DNA of 64,000 nucleotides from Candidatus Saccharimonadota bacterium. Lineage in GTDB: Bacteria > Patescibacteriota > Saccharimonadia > Saccharimonadales > Saccharimonadaceae. Of the stretch, positions 52,795-61,654 are shown one piece after another. Made by a program: the position numbers and the translations under genes. Under the pieces are notes generated by a model. It was not told where the DNA came from. It was given only the letters and a program-made list of their open reading frames with translations, and did no database searches. How positions within the stretch are numbered: position 1 is the first letter of the stretch; the number at the start of each line of letters is the position of its first letter. The stretch covers positions 63,148-127,147 of the forward strand of contig DAICXK010000001.1 in assembly GCA_027312225.1 (NCBI GenBank), in the 5' to 3' direction.

Positions 52795-53201
52795 TAGATT
52801 GCTCCTATATCCTTTAGACCTTGTTTGAACCCAGCCAGGGCTCGGCGCGCCGCGTCATAGTCGACCTTTACATCGGTCTCGTGTGCAATTTGGTTGCGCA
52901 GTTTATGTGACGCCCAGACGGCGTTAGCGTTTGACCATTTTGCTGCCTTCATGCGTTCGCCCATCGTATTGCCTGTGATGCCTTTGTCTTTCAGTGCTTG
53001 ATCAAGCAACTTGTCTGCGTGTAACACCGACAATTGATGACTTGCTGTATCATCACGTGCAAGCGCTTGCTCGATCTCGAGCCACCTACTACGATACTTG
53101 TCGACATCAAGCCCTTTGCTACCGCCCTTTGTCATGGTAATGACCGCAAATAACAGGGCGCCGACGATCAAAACTGCAGCGAGGAAAAATATCAATTCCA
53201 T
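52794..53201 (-). CDS. TM-anchored helical protein with HEPN-like RNxxxH motif (135 aa)
   Basis: N-terminal TM helix (IFFLAAVLIVGALLFAVI), then an all-helical domain ending in HKLRNQIAHE (R-x4-H, 52881-52898). Both ends overlap gatA and gatB by TAATG. Confidence 0.45.
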   Translation of the reverse strand: MELIFFLAAVLIVGALLFAVITMTKGGSKGLDVDKYRSRWLEIEQALARDDTASHQLSVLHADKLLDQALKDKGITGNTMGERMKAAKWSNANAVWASHKLRNQIAHETDVKVDYDAARRALAGFKQGLKDIGAI

Positions 53202-54574
53202 TATTGACTACCCTCCACACTCGCAGCAAGTGCAAGTAGGGTTGCGTCTGATTTCTGTGGACCAATCAGCTGTACCCCGATAGGCAACCCAGACGCAGAT
53301 GTGCCGCCAGGAACACTGATTGCAGGCAAGCCCGCCAGGCTCGGTGGTACCGTCATAATGTCCGCAAGATACATCTTGACGGGGTCGGCCGTATTTTCGC
53401 CTAAACGAAACGCAGGAGTCGGTGCAACAGGACCGATCAGGAGGTCATAATTCTCAAACAAGGTATTGTATTCATTAATAAGAATTGTGCGAGCCTTTTG
53501 CGCCTGCTGGTAATAGGCGTCAAAGAAGCCGCTCGACAGCACATAACTACCAATCATAATACGACGTTTGTTTTCCGTCACAAATCCTTCATCGCGACTC
53601 CGTCCATACAACTCGGCCAATGTCTGAACACCTTCGGCGCGGTGACCATACCGAATACCATCGTATCGTGCCAGGTTGCTACTAACTTCGGCAGGAACGA
53701 TGATGTAGTACATCGCCAGCGCATATTTTACTGCCGGGAGACTTACCTCCTCAACCGTATGACCAGCTGCACGCAAGCGGTCGACGTACTTCTCGATTGC
53801 CATGCGCACTTCCCCGTCAACATCATCTGACATATATTCGCGGATCAAGCCAATTTTCTGTGGCCTTACGCCAGTCGTCGGCACGAAAAAGTCGGGCAAT
53901 GTCGTCATATCCCTGACATCTCGTCCGGTCATGACGCCCATCACCAGTGCAGCGTCATCTGCGTTGGTCGCAAAACAGCCAATCGTATCGGTACTACTCG
54001 CCATCGCAACAACACCATACCGGCTCACGGCGCCGTAGGTCGGCTTGACGCCTACCACCCCATTAAAGCTGGCCGGCTGACGGATTGAACCGCCCGTGTC
54101 AGTCCCTAGTGCAAACGGCACGATGTCAAGCGCCGTCACAACCGCCGATCCGCCACTGCTACCACCGGCTACGCGCCCCTGATCATGCGCGTTTTTAGTG
54201 GGACCAAACGCCGAGTTCTCGGTCGATCCACCATGAGCAAACGCATCAAGGTTAGCCTTGCCAATACATATTGCTCCCTCTGCCTCCAGCTTTTCAACTG
54301 CTGTTGCCTGCAAGGGCGCATCAAAGTTCTCAAGCATCTTGCTCGCAGCTGTCGTCGGTGCGCCGAACGCCAAGAAATTATCCTTCACGACAAAAGGGAC
54401 TCCCGCAAGACGACCCGTAATCTCACCCCTATCAACCGCATCAGCGCGTTTCAAGGCACGTGCTTCGGTCAAGCTAAGCAGCGCGTGATAGGACTCATTA
54501 CTTTTCGCGGCCGCGAGTGCCTTTTCAACATTTGCCCGTGCTGAATTACCTGTATAATCTGCAATACTTGCCAT
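53201..54574 (-). CDS. gatA: Glu-tRNA(Gln) amidotransferase subunit A
   Basis: 457-aa ORF with the amidase signature GGSSGGSA and Ser-cisSer-Lys context. Confidence 0.95.
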   Translation of the reverse strand: MASIADYTGNSARANVEKALAAAKSNESYHALLSLTEARALKRADAVDRGEITGRLAGVPFVVKDNFLAFGAPTTAASKMLENFDAPLQATAVEKLEAEGAICIGKANLDAFAHGGSTENSAFGPTKNAHDQGRVAGGSSGGSAVVTALDIVPFALGTDTGGSIRQPASFNGVVGVKPTYGAVSRYGVVAMASSTDTIGCFATNADDAALVMGVMTGRDVRDMTTLPDFFVPTTGVRPQKIGLIREYMSDDVDGEVRMAIEKYVDRLRAAGHTVEEVSLPAVKYALAMYYIIVPAEVSSNLARYDGIRYGHRAEGVQTLAELYGRSRDEGFVTENKRRIMIGSYVLSSGFFDAYYQQAQKARTILINEYNTLFENYDLLIGPVAPTPAFRLGENTADPVKMYLADIMTVPPSLAGLPAISVPGGTSASGLPIGVQLIGPQKSDATLLALAASVEGSQ

Positions 54575-54577
54575 AAT

Positions 54578-54868
54578 TTATAATACCTTCGGAACTTTTA
54601 CGGAATTATTCTGCTGTTCGGGCGCGAGTGCAAGTAATTGGTCGCGTACCGTTCCCGATTGGTCGACCTCATCTTGACGCCAGACGTTCGCAAGTCCCGT
54701 CACCTGGTACGTCGGCTCGACGCCTGTTGTGTCTAGTCCGGCCAGCTGTTCAATATAGCCAACGATATTACTAAGGTCTTGTTGCAAAGCGTCGACTTCA
54801 TCGTCGGCTAACTGCAAACTACTTAATTGTGCCAAGTGAAGCACATCATCTCGCAGAATTTGTGTCAT
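54578..54868 (-). CDS. gatC: Asp/Glu-tRNA amidotransferase subunit C
   Basis: 96-aa ORF (VLHLAQLSSLQLADDEVDALQQDL...) immediately upstream of gatA. Confidence 0.9.
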   Translation of the reverse strand: MTQILRDDVLHLAQLSSLQLADDEVDALQQDLSNIVGYIEQLAGLDTTGVEPTYQVTGLANVWRQDEVDQSGTVRDQLLALAPEQQNNSVKVPKVL

Positions 54869-54874
54869 AGATAC

Positions 54875-54883
54875 ATTGTAGCA
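54875..54883 (-). promoter_or_regulatory. Extended -10 promoter TGCTACAAT, 6 nt to the gatC ATG (leaderless gatCAB)
   Basis: The minus strand reads TGCTACAAT GTATCT ATG. No SD. Confidence 0.65.
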
Positions 54884-54891
54884 GAAGCCAA

Positions 54892-54921
54892 CAAAAAATG
54901 CCCCCGTCTAATGAGGCATTT
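54892..54921 (-). terminator. Terminator after the DEAD-box helicase gene
   Basis: AATGCC/GGCATT stem with a 12-nt loop, followed on the minus strand by UUUUUUG. Confidence 0.5.
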
Positions 54922-54937
54922 CTTTGTATGATAACGG

Positions 54938-56137
54938 TTACCGTGCGTCAATAAACGTATGCGCATGGCCTTTAGCGCCACCGCGACCAGTTCGGCCGAT
55001 ACGGTGAACGTAATCTTCATACGTCTGCGGGGTATCGAAGTTAATCACATGTGATACGTTTGGAATATCCAAGCCACGAGCTGCAACATCGGTCGCCACC
55101 AAGACGCGCACCTTTTCATCCTTGAACAGTTTTAGGGCCTTGCTTCGCTGCGATTGGTTTTTGTTGCCATGAATCGCCACCGACGGGATCCCACGATTAT
55201 CAAGATGATCGCTCAGGCGCTGGACACCATACTTTGTTTCACCAAAAACCAATACTTTCTCATAATGGTCTTGCTCCAACATTTCCGTCAATAGGTCAAT
55301 CTTGTGGCCCTTGTCGCGCGCTTCAATCACATCTTGCTCGACATGCTCGCTCGTCTCGCTGGTGCGAACCGATACCGTCACAGGGTTATTCAAGAAGTCC
55401 TTCGTCAGTGCCTCAATTTCTGGTGTAATTGTTGCGCTAAAGAACAGCGTCTGGCGCTCACGCGGCATCTCGTTCACAATTTGACGAATATCAGGCAAGA
55501 ATCCCATGTCAAGCATGCGGTCAGCCTCATCAAGCACTAACGTCGTCATGTTCTTTAATTGAATCTGACGGCGCCCAATCAGGTCTTTCAGACGACCCGG
55601 CGTACCAATAATAAGATGTGGACGTCGCTTCAGTTCACGAATTTGACGGTCAATATTCATACCACCAACAATCAGTGTCGAATAAAGCTGCATACCACGC
55701 GAAAATTCACGGAACTGCTCATCAATTTGCTGGGCAAGTTCACGAGTTGGTGCAACCACTAGCACACTTGGCCGTAGCATAATGCCACTCTGTCGTTCGA
55801 TAATTGGCAGCAAGAAAGCTGCTGTCTTACCCGTACCCGTGTTGGCAAGGCCGATCACATCGCGCCCCTCAACAATATGTGGAATTGCCTGGTCCTGGAT
55901 AGCACTTGGCGTAATGTACCCCTTCTTGGAAATATTGTGCTGCAGCTCGGCACCAAATGGAAAATCGGTGAATCTGTGCGTTGCTTCGTAGGCAATCTCT
56001 TCAGCTGGCGCCACTGCCTTGTTAATAAACTTTGATGGATGGATGTACTTTTTAGCTGGACCCTTACGGCCACCGCGTGATTGATGCGGACGCCGTGCGC
56101 CCTGCGGCCGTCCACCGCGTCGTTGTTGATATGCCAT
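54938..56137 (-). CDS. DEAD-box ATP-dependent RNA helicase with Arg/Gly-rich N-terminus
   Basis: Motifs AxTGTGKT (ANTGTGKT), PTRELA, DEAD (VLDEADRM), SAT and HRIGRTGR. Start set at MAYQQRRGG (56137). The track extension to 56260 has non-protein-like composition. Confidence 0.9.
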   Translation of the reverse strand: MAYQQRRGGRPQGARRPHQSRGGRKGPAKKYIHPSKFINKAVAPAEEIAYEATHRFTDFPFGAELQHNISKKGYITPSAIQDQAIPHIVEGRDVIGLANTGTGKTAAFLLPIIERQSGIMLRPSVLVVAPTRELAQQIDEQFREFSRGMQLYSTLIVGGMNIDRQIRELKRRPHLIIGTPGRLKDLIGRRQIQLKNMTTLVLDEADRMLDMGFLPDIRQIVNEMPRERQTLFFSATITPEIEALTKDFLNNPVTVSVRTSETSEHVEQDVIEARDKGHKIDLLTEMLEQDHYEKVLVFGETKYGVQRLSDHLDNRGIPSVAIHGNKNQSQRSKALKLFKDEKVRVLVATDVAARGLDIPNVSHVINFDTPQTYEDYVHRIGRTGRGGAKGHAHTFIDAR

Positions 56138-56321
56138 AAGAAAATATAGCCCTTTCGTTCGTGTTGAATGATTTGCTGTTGCACTATTTGGCCCACACTG
56201 ATGGGAACGCTTACACGACAAGCGTACGGAGAGAACAGCGAGAATAGAATCGGTGGGCATATGGCATACATCGCCATATCACTTTGAAGAAACTCGACAT
56301 TCTATCGAATGCAATACTCTC

Positions 56322-56330
56322 ATTATAGCA
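56322..56330 (-). promoter_or_regulatory. Extended -10 promoter TGCTATAAT about 180 nt upstream of the helicase start
   Basis: Consensus 9-mer on the minus strand. The downstream 180 nt contain hairpins ATATGGC-N7-GCCATAT and ACGCTT-N7-AAGCGT. Confidence 0.5.
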
Positions 56331-56353
56331 AACTTTAGCGGTTTTGTCTAGTA

Positions 56354-56536
56354 CTAGCGGACTTCGCGCAGTTCAATCTCTTGGTTGAGATCGTGGCGCA
56401 GCTGATTAATCTGCGTATGCTGTACGACATGCATATACACCAACACACCCATCATCAACACTGCAAATATGAGAATCACGATAATAACAGATATAGGATC
56501 TTGCTTGATCTTTGCTTCGATTTTCTTCTTTACCAT
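56354..56536 (-). CDS. Small single-pass membrane protein with C-terminal coiled-coil-like segment (60 aa)
   Basis: TM helix ISVIIVILIFAVLMMGVLVY. Preceded by TGGTACAAT-N6-ATG. Confidence 0.6.
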   Translation of the reverse strand: MVKKKIEAKIKQDPISVIIVILIFAVLMMGVLVYMHVVQHTQINQLRHDLNQEIELREVR

Positions 56537-56542
56537 GGTAGC

Positions 56543-56551
56543 ATTGTACCA
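56543..56551 (-). promoter_or_regulatory. Extended -10 promoter TGGTACAAT, 6 nt to ATG 56536
   Basis: The minus strand reads TGGTACAAT GCTACC ATG, in the 21-nt gap after uvrB. Confidence 0.6.
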
Positions 56552-56557
56552 TTTCTA

Positions 56558-58543
56558 CTACATCTTTGCACGAATATCAGCAATCAAGTCGCGCAGTTCG
56601 GCCGCCTTTTCAAATTCGAGATTGGCGCTGGCCAAATCCATCTGACCAGACAGGTCGCGGATTAAGCTAGCATATTCATCTTTAGGTATTTTCTTGAGAT
56701 CAATCTTTGGCTTGCCGTCATCTTTCATTGGGATAATGGCACGCAGGCCTTCATCAATCTCTTTGGCGACACTGGTTGGGGTAATACCATGCTGGCGATT
56801 GTAGGCCTCTTGGATATCACGGCGGCGGTTTGTCTCGTCAATTGCCCGCTGCATACTACCAGTCATATTGTCACCATACATAATCACCCGCCCTTCTTCA
56901 TGACGCGCGGCGCGGCCAACCGTCTGAATCAGTGCACTTTCGCTGCGAAGGAAACCTTCTTTATCAGCATCCATGATTGCCACCAGTGACACTTCTGGCA
57001 GATCAAGTCCTTCACGAAGCAAATTGATACCAACCAACACATCGTAGACACCCATGCGGAGATCGCGCAGGATGTCACCGCGCTCTAGCGTATCGACTTC
57101 ACTATGAATGTAAGCAGTTTTGATATCAAGATCTAACAAGTACTGTGACAGATCCTCTGCCATACGCTTGGTAAGCGTCGTCACAAGGACACGCTGTTTC
57201 TTCTCAATACGTTCGCGAATCTCAGCAATCAGATCATCGATTTGCCCTTCAGTCTTGCGCACATCAATCTGCGGATCCAAGAGTCCCGTCGGACGGATTA
57301 CCTGCTGGGCAGGTGCCGGGCTATGCGTCAGCTCATACTCGCCTGGAGTTGCCGAGACATAAATTGCTTTGTTGATATGCTTGTCAAATTCGTCGAATCT
57401 CAGCGGACGGTTATCGAGCGCACTCGGCAGACGAAAACCATGCTCAACCAGCACCTCCTTGCGAGCACGGTCGCCATTGTACATACCGCGCACTTGCGGT
57501 AACGTCATATGGCTTTCGTCAACTAGTAACAACCAATCATCCGGAAAGTAATCAATCAGTGTCGCTGGTTGCTCACCTGGCTCACGATTCGTCAGGTATC
57601 GGCTGTAGTTCTCAATGCCCTTTACGAAGCCCGTCTCTTCCAGCATCTCAAGGTCGTATTTGGTGCGCTGGCTCAGTCGCTGTGCCTCGAGCAACTTGTC
57701 GTGTTTTTCAAACCATGTCAGGCGCTGGTCAAACTCCTTTTGGATACCCTCGATCGCGCGGGCAATTTGCTCTTTTGGTGTTGCATAGTGGCTACTTGGG
57801 AAAATACTGATTTCGTGCGGTTCACCCAAGATCTCGCCCGTCAATGGGTCAATTCGTGTCAAACGATCGACTTCGTCACCGTAAAACTCGATGCGAAATG
57901 CCACATCTGATCCCGCTGGAAACACATCAACCACGTCACCCTTAACTCGAAATGTCCCGCGGTGAAAATCGACATCATTACGGTTGTACTGGATATCGGT
58001 CAGCCAACGCACCAGTTTGTCTTGCTGGCGACGTTCGCCCTTTTTAATCGTAATCGACATTTCGGCGTAGGTATCAGGCGAACCAATGCCGTAGATACAG
58101 CTGACACTAGCCACGATAATCGTGTCGCGACGCGACAATAATGCCGTTGTCGCAGCGTGACGCAAACGATCAATCTCGTCATTAATCTTGCTATCTTTTT
58201 CAATATAGGTATCGCTACTGGCGATATATGCCTCTGGCTGATAATAGTCAAAATAGCTGACAAAATAGTGAACTTCATTATCGGGGAAAAACGCCTTGAA
58301 CTCGCTGTACAGCTGTGCCGCCAGCGTCTTGTTATGCGCGAGTACGAGTGTCGGTACATTCCGATTGGCGATGATATTCGCCATCGTAAAAGTCTTACCC
58401 GACCCCGTCACACCAAGAAGCGTTTGCTCTCGCTCGCCGGCGTCAAGCCCAGCAACTAACTGAGCAATAGCCGTTGGCTGATCACCAGTTGGTTGATAGG
58501 TGGAGGCGAGTTTGAATGATTGGCTCATCCTATAATTGTACAA
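56558..58543 (-). CDS. uvrB: Excinuclease ABC subunit B
   Basis: 661-aa ORF with [14 protein letters not shown], the beta-hairpin region and a C-terminal UVR domain (FEKAAELRD). An alternative start is MSQSFKL at 58528. Confidence 0.95.
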   Translation of the reverse strand: MYNYRMSQSFKLASTYQPTGDQPTAIAQLVAGLDAGEREQTLLGVTGSGKTFTMANIIANRNVPTLVLAHNKTLAAQLYSEFKAFFPDNEVHYFVSYFDYYQPEAYIASSDTYIEKDSKINDEIDRLRHAATTALLSRRDTIIVASVSCIYGIGSPDTYAEMSITIKKGERRQQDKLVRWLTDIQYNRNDVDFHRGTFRVKGDVVDVFPAGSDVAFRIEFYGDEVDRLTRIDPLTGEILGEPHEISIFPSSHYATPKEQIARAIEGIQKEFDQRLTWFEKHDKLLEAQRLSQRTKYDLEMLEETGFVKGIENYSRYLTNREPGEQPATLIDYFPDDWLLLVDESHMTLPQVRGMYNGDRARKEVLVEHGFRLPSALDNRPLRFDEFDKHINKAIYVSATPGEYELTHSPAPAQQVIRPTGLLDPQIDVRKTEGQIDDLIAEIRERIEKKQRVLVTTLTKRMAEDLSQYLLDLDIKTAYIHSEVDTLERGDILRDLRMGVYDVLVGINLLREGLDLPEVSLVAIMDADKEGFLRSESALIQTVGRAARHEEGRVIMYGDNMTGSMQRAIDETNRRRDIQEAYNRQHGITPTSVAKEIDEGLRAIIPMKDDGKPKIDLKKIPKDEYASLIRDLSGQMDLASANLEFEKAAELRDLIADIRAKM

Positions 58544-58546
58544 TAA

Positions 58547-59155
58547 TTAGCCGCGACCTGCACGTTTGGCGCTGACGTGCCCGTCCGTGCCGTCATGCTC
58601 GAAGTCAGCGTACTTTTCGTCCAGTGCAGCAATTACCTTCTCCACTAAACGATCGGGATCAGTATCATAAATCACGTCCTTTGCCCCTGGCGCCTCAACG
58701 TTCTCGAGAAGGGTTGGCGTGTAATCAGCCAGTCCGCCGCTGCCAAGTAGTACCCCGCAGACTTTGCGGCTCTCAAGCGCCGTTGATAGTTCGTGCAGGC
58801 TGCCCATGCGCCCACCGACCGTGATAATTGCATCACTACTGCGGACCAAATGGACATCACGGCCAACATACGCCATGCCGGTAAAGTTAATATAGTCAAA
58901 CTCTTTGGTTGGCAGTTTGTAGGTGGCGACATGTTCGCGGAACGAAGCCGCAGGGCTAAAACCAATAGAGATGCCTCGATCACCCTTGACGCTGACGGCG
59001 CCTTGCGCAGCATAGTGCGGTAACCCAACTGTCGCGCCTGTCGTCAACGTCTTGCCGCGCTTTGAAATTGCCTTGCCCAGCTCAAAGGCTAATTTATGTG
59101 AAGTTTTCACGCTCGCGCCGCTTGCAGCACCCGATACACAAATCTGATATCTCAT
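58547..59155 (-). CDS. LOG/TIGR00725-family Rossmann-fold protein (possible nucleotide N-glycosidase)
   Basis: 202-aa ORF with ICVSGAASG at the N-terminus and a GGRMGSLHE block matching the LOG PGGxGTxxE motif. Confidence 0.65.
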   Translation of the reverse strand: MRYQICVSGAASGASVKTSHKLAFELGKAISKRGKTLTTGATVGLPHYAAQGAVSVKGDRGISIGFSPAASFREHVATYKLPTKEFDYINFTGMAYVGRDVHLVRSSDAIITVGGRMGSLHELSTALESRKVCGVLLGSGGLADYTPTLLENVEAPGAKDVIYDTDPDRLVEKVIAALDEKYADFEHDGTDGHVSAKRAGRG

Positions 59156-60682
59156 TTAATCCTCAATCTCTTTTACTTTGTACCATTCAGGGGCCTCGGC
59201 AAGATACTTCTGCAATTCTTCACGGGCCAAAAGCCCTCGTTGTGCGCCAACATGTTGCACGACGTTCATACTGTTAATAGGCGACCAGGCCAGAGCCGTC
59301 TCGAGCGTCTCTCCAGCCGCGATGGCTGCAACGAACGTCGATGAAAATGCATCGCCCGCACCTGTGCGCTCGACTGGAGGCTGCGGATCGGGATAATTCG
59401 GAATCGTCAGCACACGTGAACCGTCTGACGCATATGATCCATTTGGCCCGTCGGTAATGACAACAATTTCGGCACCCAAATCATGAAGCCCACGCGCCAA
59501 TGTGGTGATTGAATCGTATGGCAACCCTGTCACATCCATGGCTTCTTCGCGGTTCATGAGCACAATCTTGCTACGGCGGTACAATCCTGCCATCTTCTCA
59601 GCACCCCACTTGAACTGGAAGGTGCCTGGCTGTAAGACGAAATTGACGTCGGGATTACGGTCCAGATAATCAAGCAACCCTTCGTGGAGGGGCCATGAGT
59701 CCTCTCCTAGATATGCCAAATAAATCCAATCTGGCTTGGTTTCTGGGTCGCGCCATTCATAACGATATTTTTCACTCTTGACCAACATCGTGCGGTCAGC
59801 CTGATAGCAAAGCACGTACCAGTAGCTGGTTGCCTTGTCTTGCTCGATCACCATCGGCTCGATATTGACGTTCTCATGCTTTAGGTGCTCGAGCGCCTCT
59901 TCGCCCGTCGCGTCGCCGCCAACCCAAGCCATCAGTCCTGCCCGGTAGCCAAGTCGTGCAATTGATACGGCAACGTTCGGTGACGGACCAACCGACTTTA
60001 CGATATCAACCTTTTCGTACGGCGGCTTACGGCCAAATGGTACTGCCAACCACTCCGTATCACCTTCTTTAATAATCTTTGCCGTATCATCTCCAAGCGT
60101 AATGAATGCATCGGTAAAAATATCACCAATCGCAAGAATATATGACTGTTGCATATTATGTTCCTCGTTAGATTTTAGTATTGTGTCTGCATCAGGATAG
60201 TGTTCGTCTTCGTCGAGCAATAGTCCAACTTCACGCGCTAAATTATGAACCGTGTCCGTATGCGTACGCTCGTGCTCGGCGTATCGCCGCACTAGCTCTG
60301 CCCTTAGTCTCCGCTGAGCGTGCGCAGTCACACGCTTTTCATAGGGCAAATCATGATGGTCATTCTCGATCACATCAAGAATATTAAACGAGATAGGTCC
60401 GGTACCCGCAGTACCGAGCACATACGACCGCTCGCCGAGCAGTTGCCTCGCCCTCGCCTCATCACTCCGCACCAGCGCATTCAGTGCTTTGTATATCTCA
60501 ACACCTGTCGAATCAGATGGATCGAGCCCCAGCTCACGCATAATACGGTTCGCCGCGTCAGTGATCTCACCGATCAATCGAACATCAATCCCAGTGTTGC
60601 CTGCCGCTCGCTCGAGCCTCGCGACATTCATCAAGAATAGCGGATGATCGCTCGCTAATAAGTCTTTGAGTACTCGTGCCAC
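59156..60682 (-). CDS. PfkB-family sugar/nucleoside kinase with about 180-aa N-terminal extension
   Basis: The C-terminal ~320 aa carry PfkB features, including TGAGDAF. The N-terminal domain is unrecognised. Confidence 0.7.
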   Translation of the reverse strand: MARVLKDLLASDHPLFLMNVARLERAAGNTGIDVRLIGEITDAANRIMRELGLDPSDSTGVEIYKALNALVRSDEARARQLLGERSYVLGTAGTGPISFNILDVIENDHHDLPYEKRVTAHAQRRLRAELVRRYAEHERTHTDTVHNLAREVGLLLDEDEHYPDADTILKSNEEHNMQQSYILAIGDIFTDAFITLGDDTAKIIKEGDTEWLAVPFGRKPPYEKVDIVKSVGPSPNVAVSIARLGYRAGLMAWVGGDATGEEALEHLKHENVNIEPMVIEQDKATSYWYVLCYQADRTMLVKSEKYRYEWRDPETKPDWIYLAYLGEDSWPLHEGLLDYLDRNPDVNFVLQPGTFQFKWGAEKMAGLYRRSKIVLMNREEAMDVTGLPYDSITTLARGLHDLGAEIVVITDGPNGSYASDGSRVLTIPNYPDPQPPVERTGAGDAFSSTFVAAIAAGETLETALAWSPINSMNVVQHVGAQRGLLAREELQKYLAEAPEWYKVKEIED

Positions 60683-61654
60683 CTAAAAATCCTTCTCCGT
60701 CAACGGCATCTCATGTAGCTTGACACCCTTTGATAGGATGCCCGTTTTTGCACCTATCTTTGTTACGACCGACGTTGAGTTGGCGCTAGCAAAGACGATT
60801 GAATCCTTCAGCGACTTCCCCGCAGCCCACTGGCTAAGGAACCCAGATCCAAACGCGTCGCCTGCACCCGTACGGTCGGTTACCTTGACGTCCTGGTACA
60901 TTCCCGCACGCACGATTGTCTTGCCGTCGCTTGCCATAACGCCATTCGGCCCATCGCTAATAATCGCAACTGGGACGTAGTGCAGGAGGTGCCGCACCAG
61001 CTCTTCGAGGGTTTCACCTTCAACAATCTGTGCCGCCTCTTCTTTATTGACTGCCAGCACCTCAACATCTTCGAGAAGCGCCTTTAATTTACCAGGCTGC
61101 TTTAGCTCGCCCTTGCCCGGGTTAAAGAACACTTTCATACCTTCTTTGTCATGAGCCTGGGTAAAGATTTTGTCGAGTGCCTCCATACTGCCCGCCATGC
61201 TGGAAACGTACAGCCAATCCGCCTCGAGGCCGTGTAAGTTAAAGTTTTTGGCATCATAATGCGTTGAAGCGCCGCGATAGGTCAAAATCGTCCGTTCACC
61301 TGATGGTGCGAGGAGTAATACTGAATATCCCGTGTTGTATTTCTCAGAGTAGCTGACATGTGAGGTATCAACACCCTCTTTATCAAGGTCGTCCAGCACC
61401 GCAAGGCCTGCCGGATCGTGTCCAAGCGTCCCCATAAATACCGCATCGAGACCCTGCCGGGCAAAAGTAACGGCAGCATTCGTCGCACCACCACCAGTAC
61501 TAAAATCAATCTTGTTCACGTCCGCCTTACCGCCCAAGGTCAGCTGCATGAATTGCTCGTGGACCGCCTTGTCAGTCACGGGCTTGAATTCGTCGCTGTG
61601 ACTCAAAAACACATCTTGCACCGCAGCACCAATTGATACAATACGGGCGGTCAT
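60683..61654 (-). CDS. PfkB-family carbohydrate kinase (ribokinase-like)
   Basis: 323-aa ORF with GGGATNAA and DRTGAGDAF signatures. Confidence 0.8.
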   Translation of the reverse strand: MTARIVSIGAAVQDVFLSHSDEFKPVTDKAVHEQFMQLTLGGKADVNKIDFSTGGGATNAAVTFARQGLDAVFMGTLGHDPAGLAVLDDLDKEGVDTSHVSYSEKYNTGYSVLLLAPSGERTILTYRGASTHYDAKNFNLHGLEADWLYVSSMAGSMEALDKIFTQAHDKEGMKVFFNPGKGELKQPGKLKALLEDVEVLAVNKEEAAQIVEGETLEELVRHLLHYVPVAIISDGPNGVMASDGKTIVRAGMYQDVKVTDRTGAGDAFGSGFLSQWAAGKSLKDSIVFASANSTSVVTKIGAKTGILSKGVKLHEMPLTEKDF

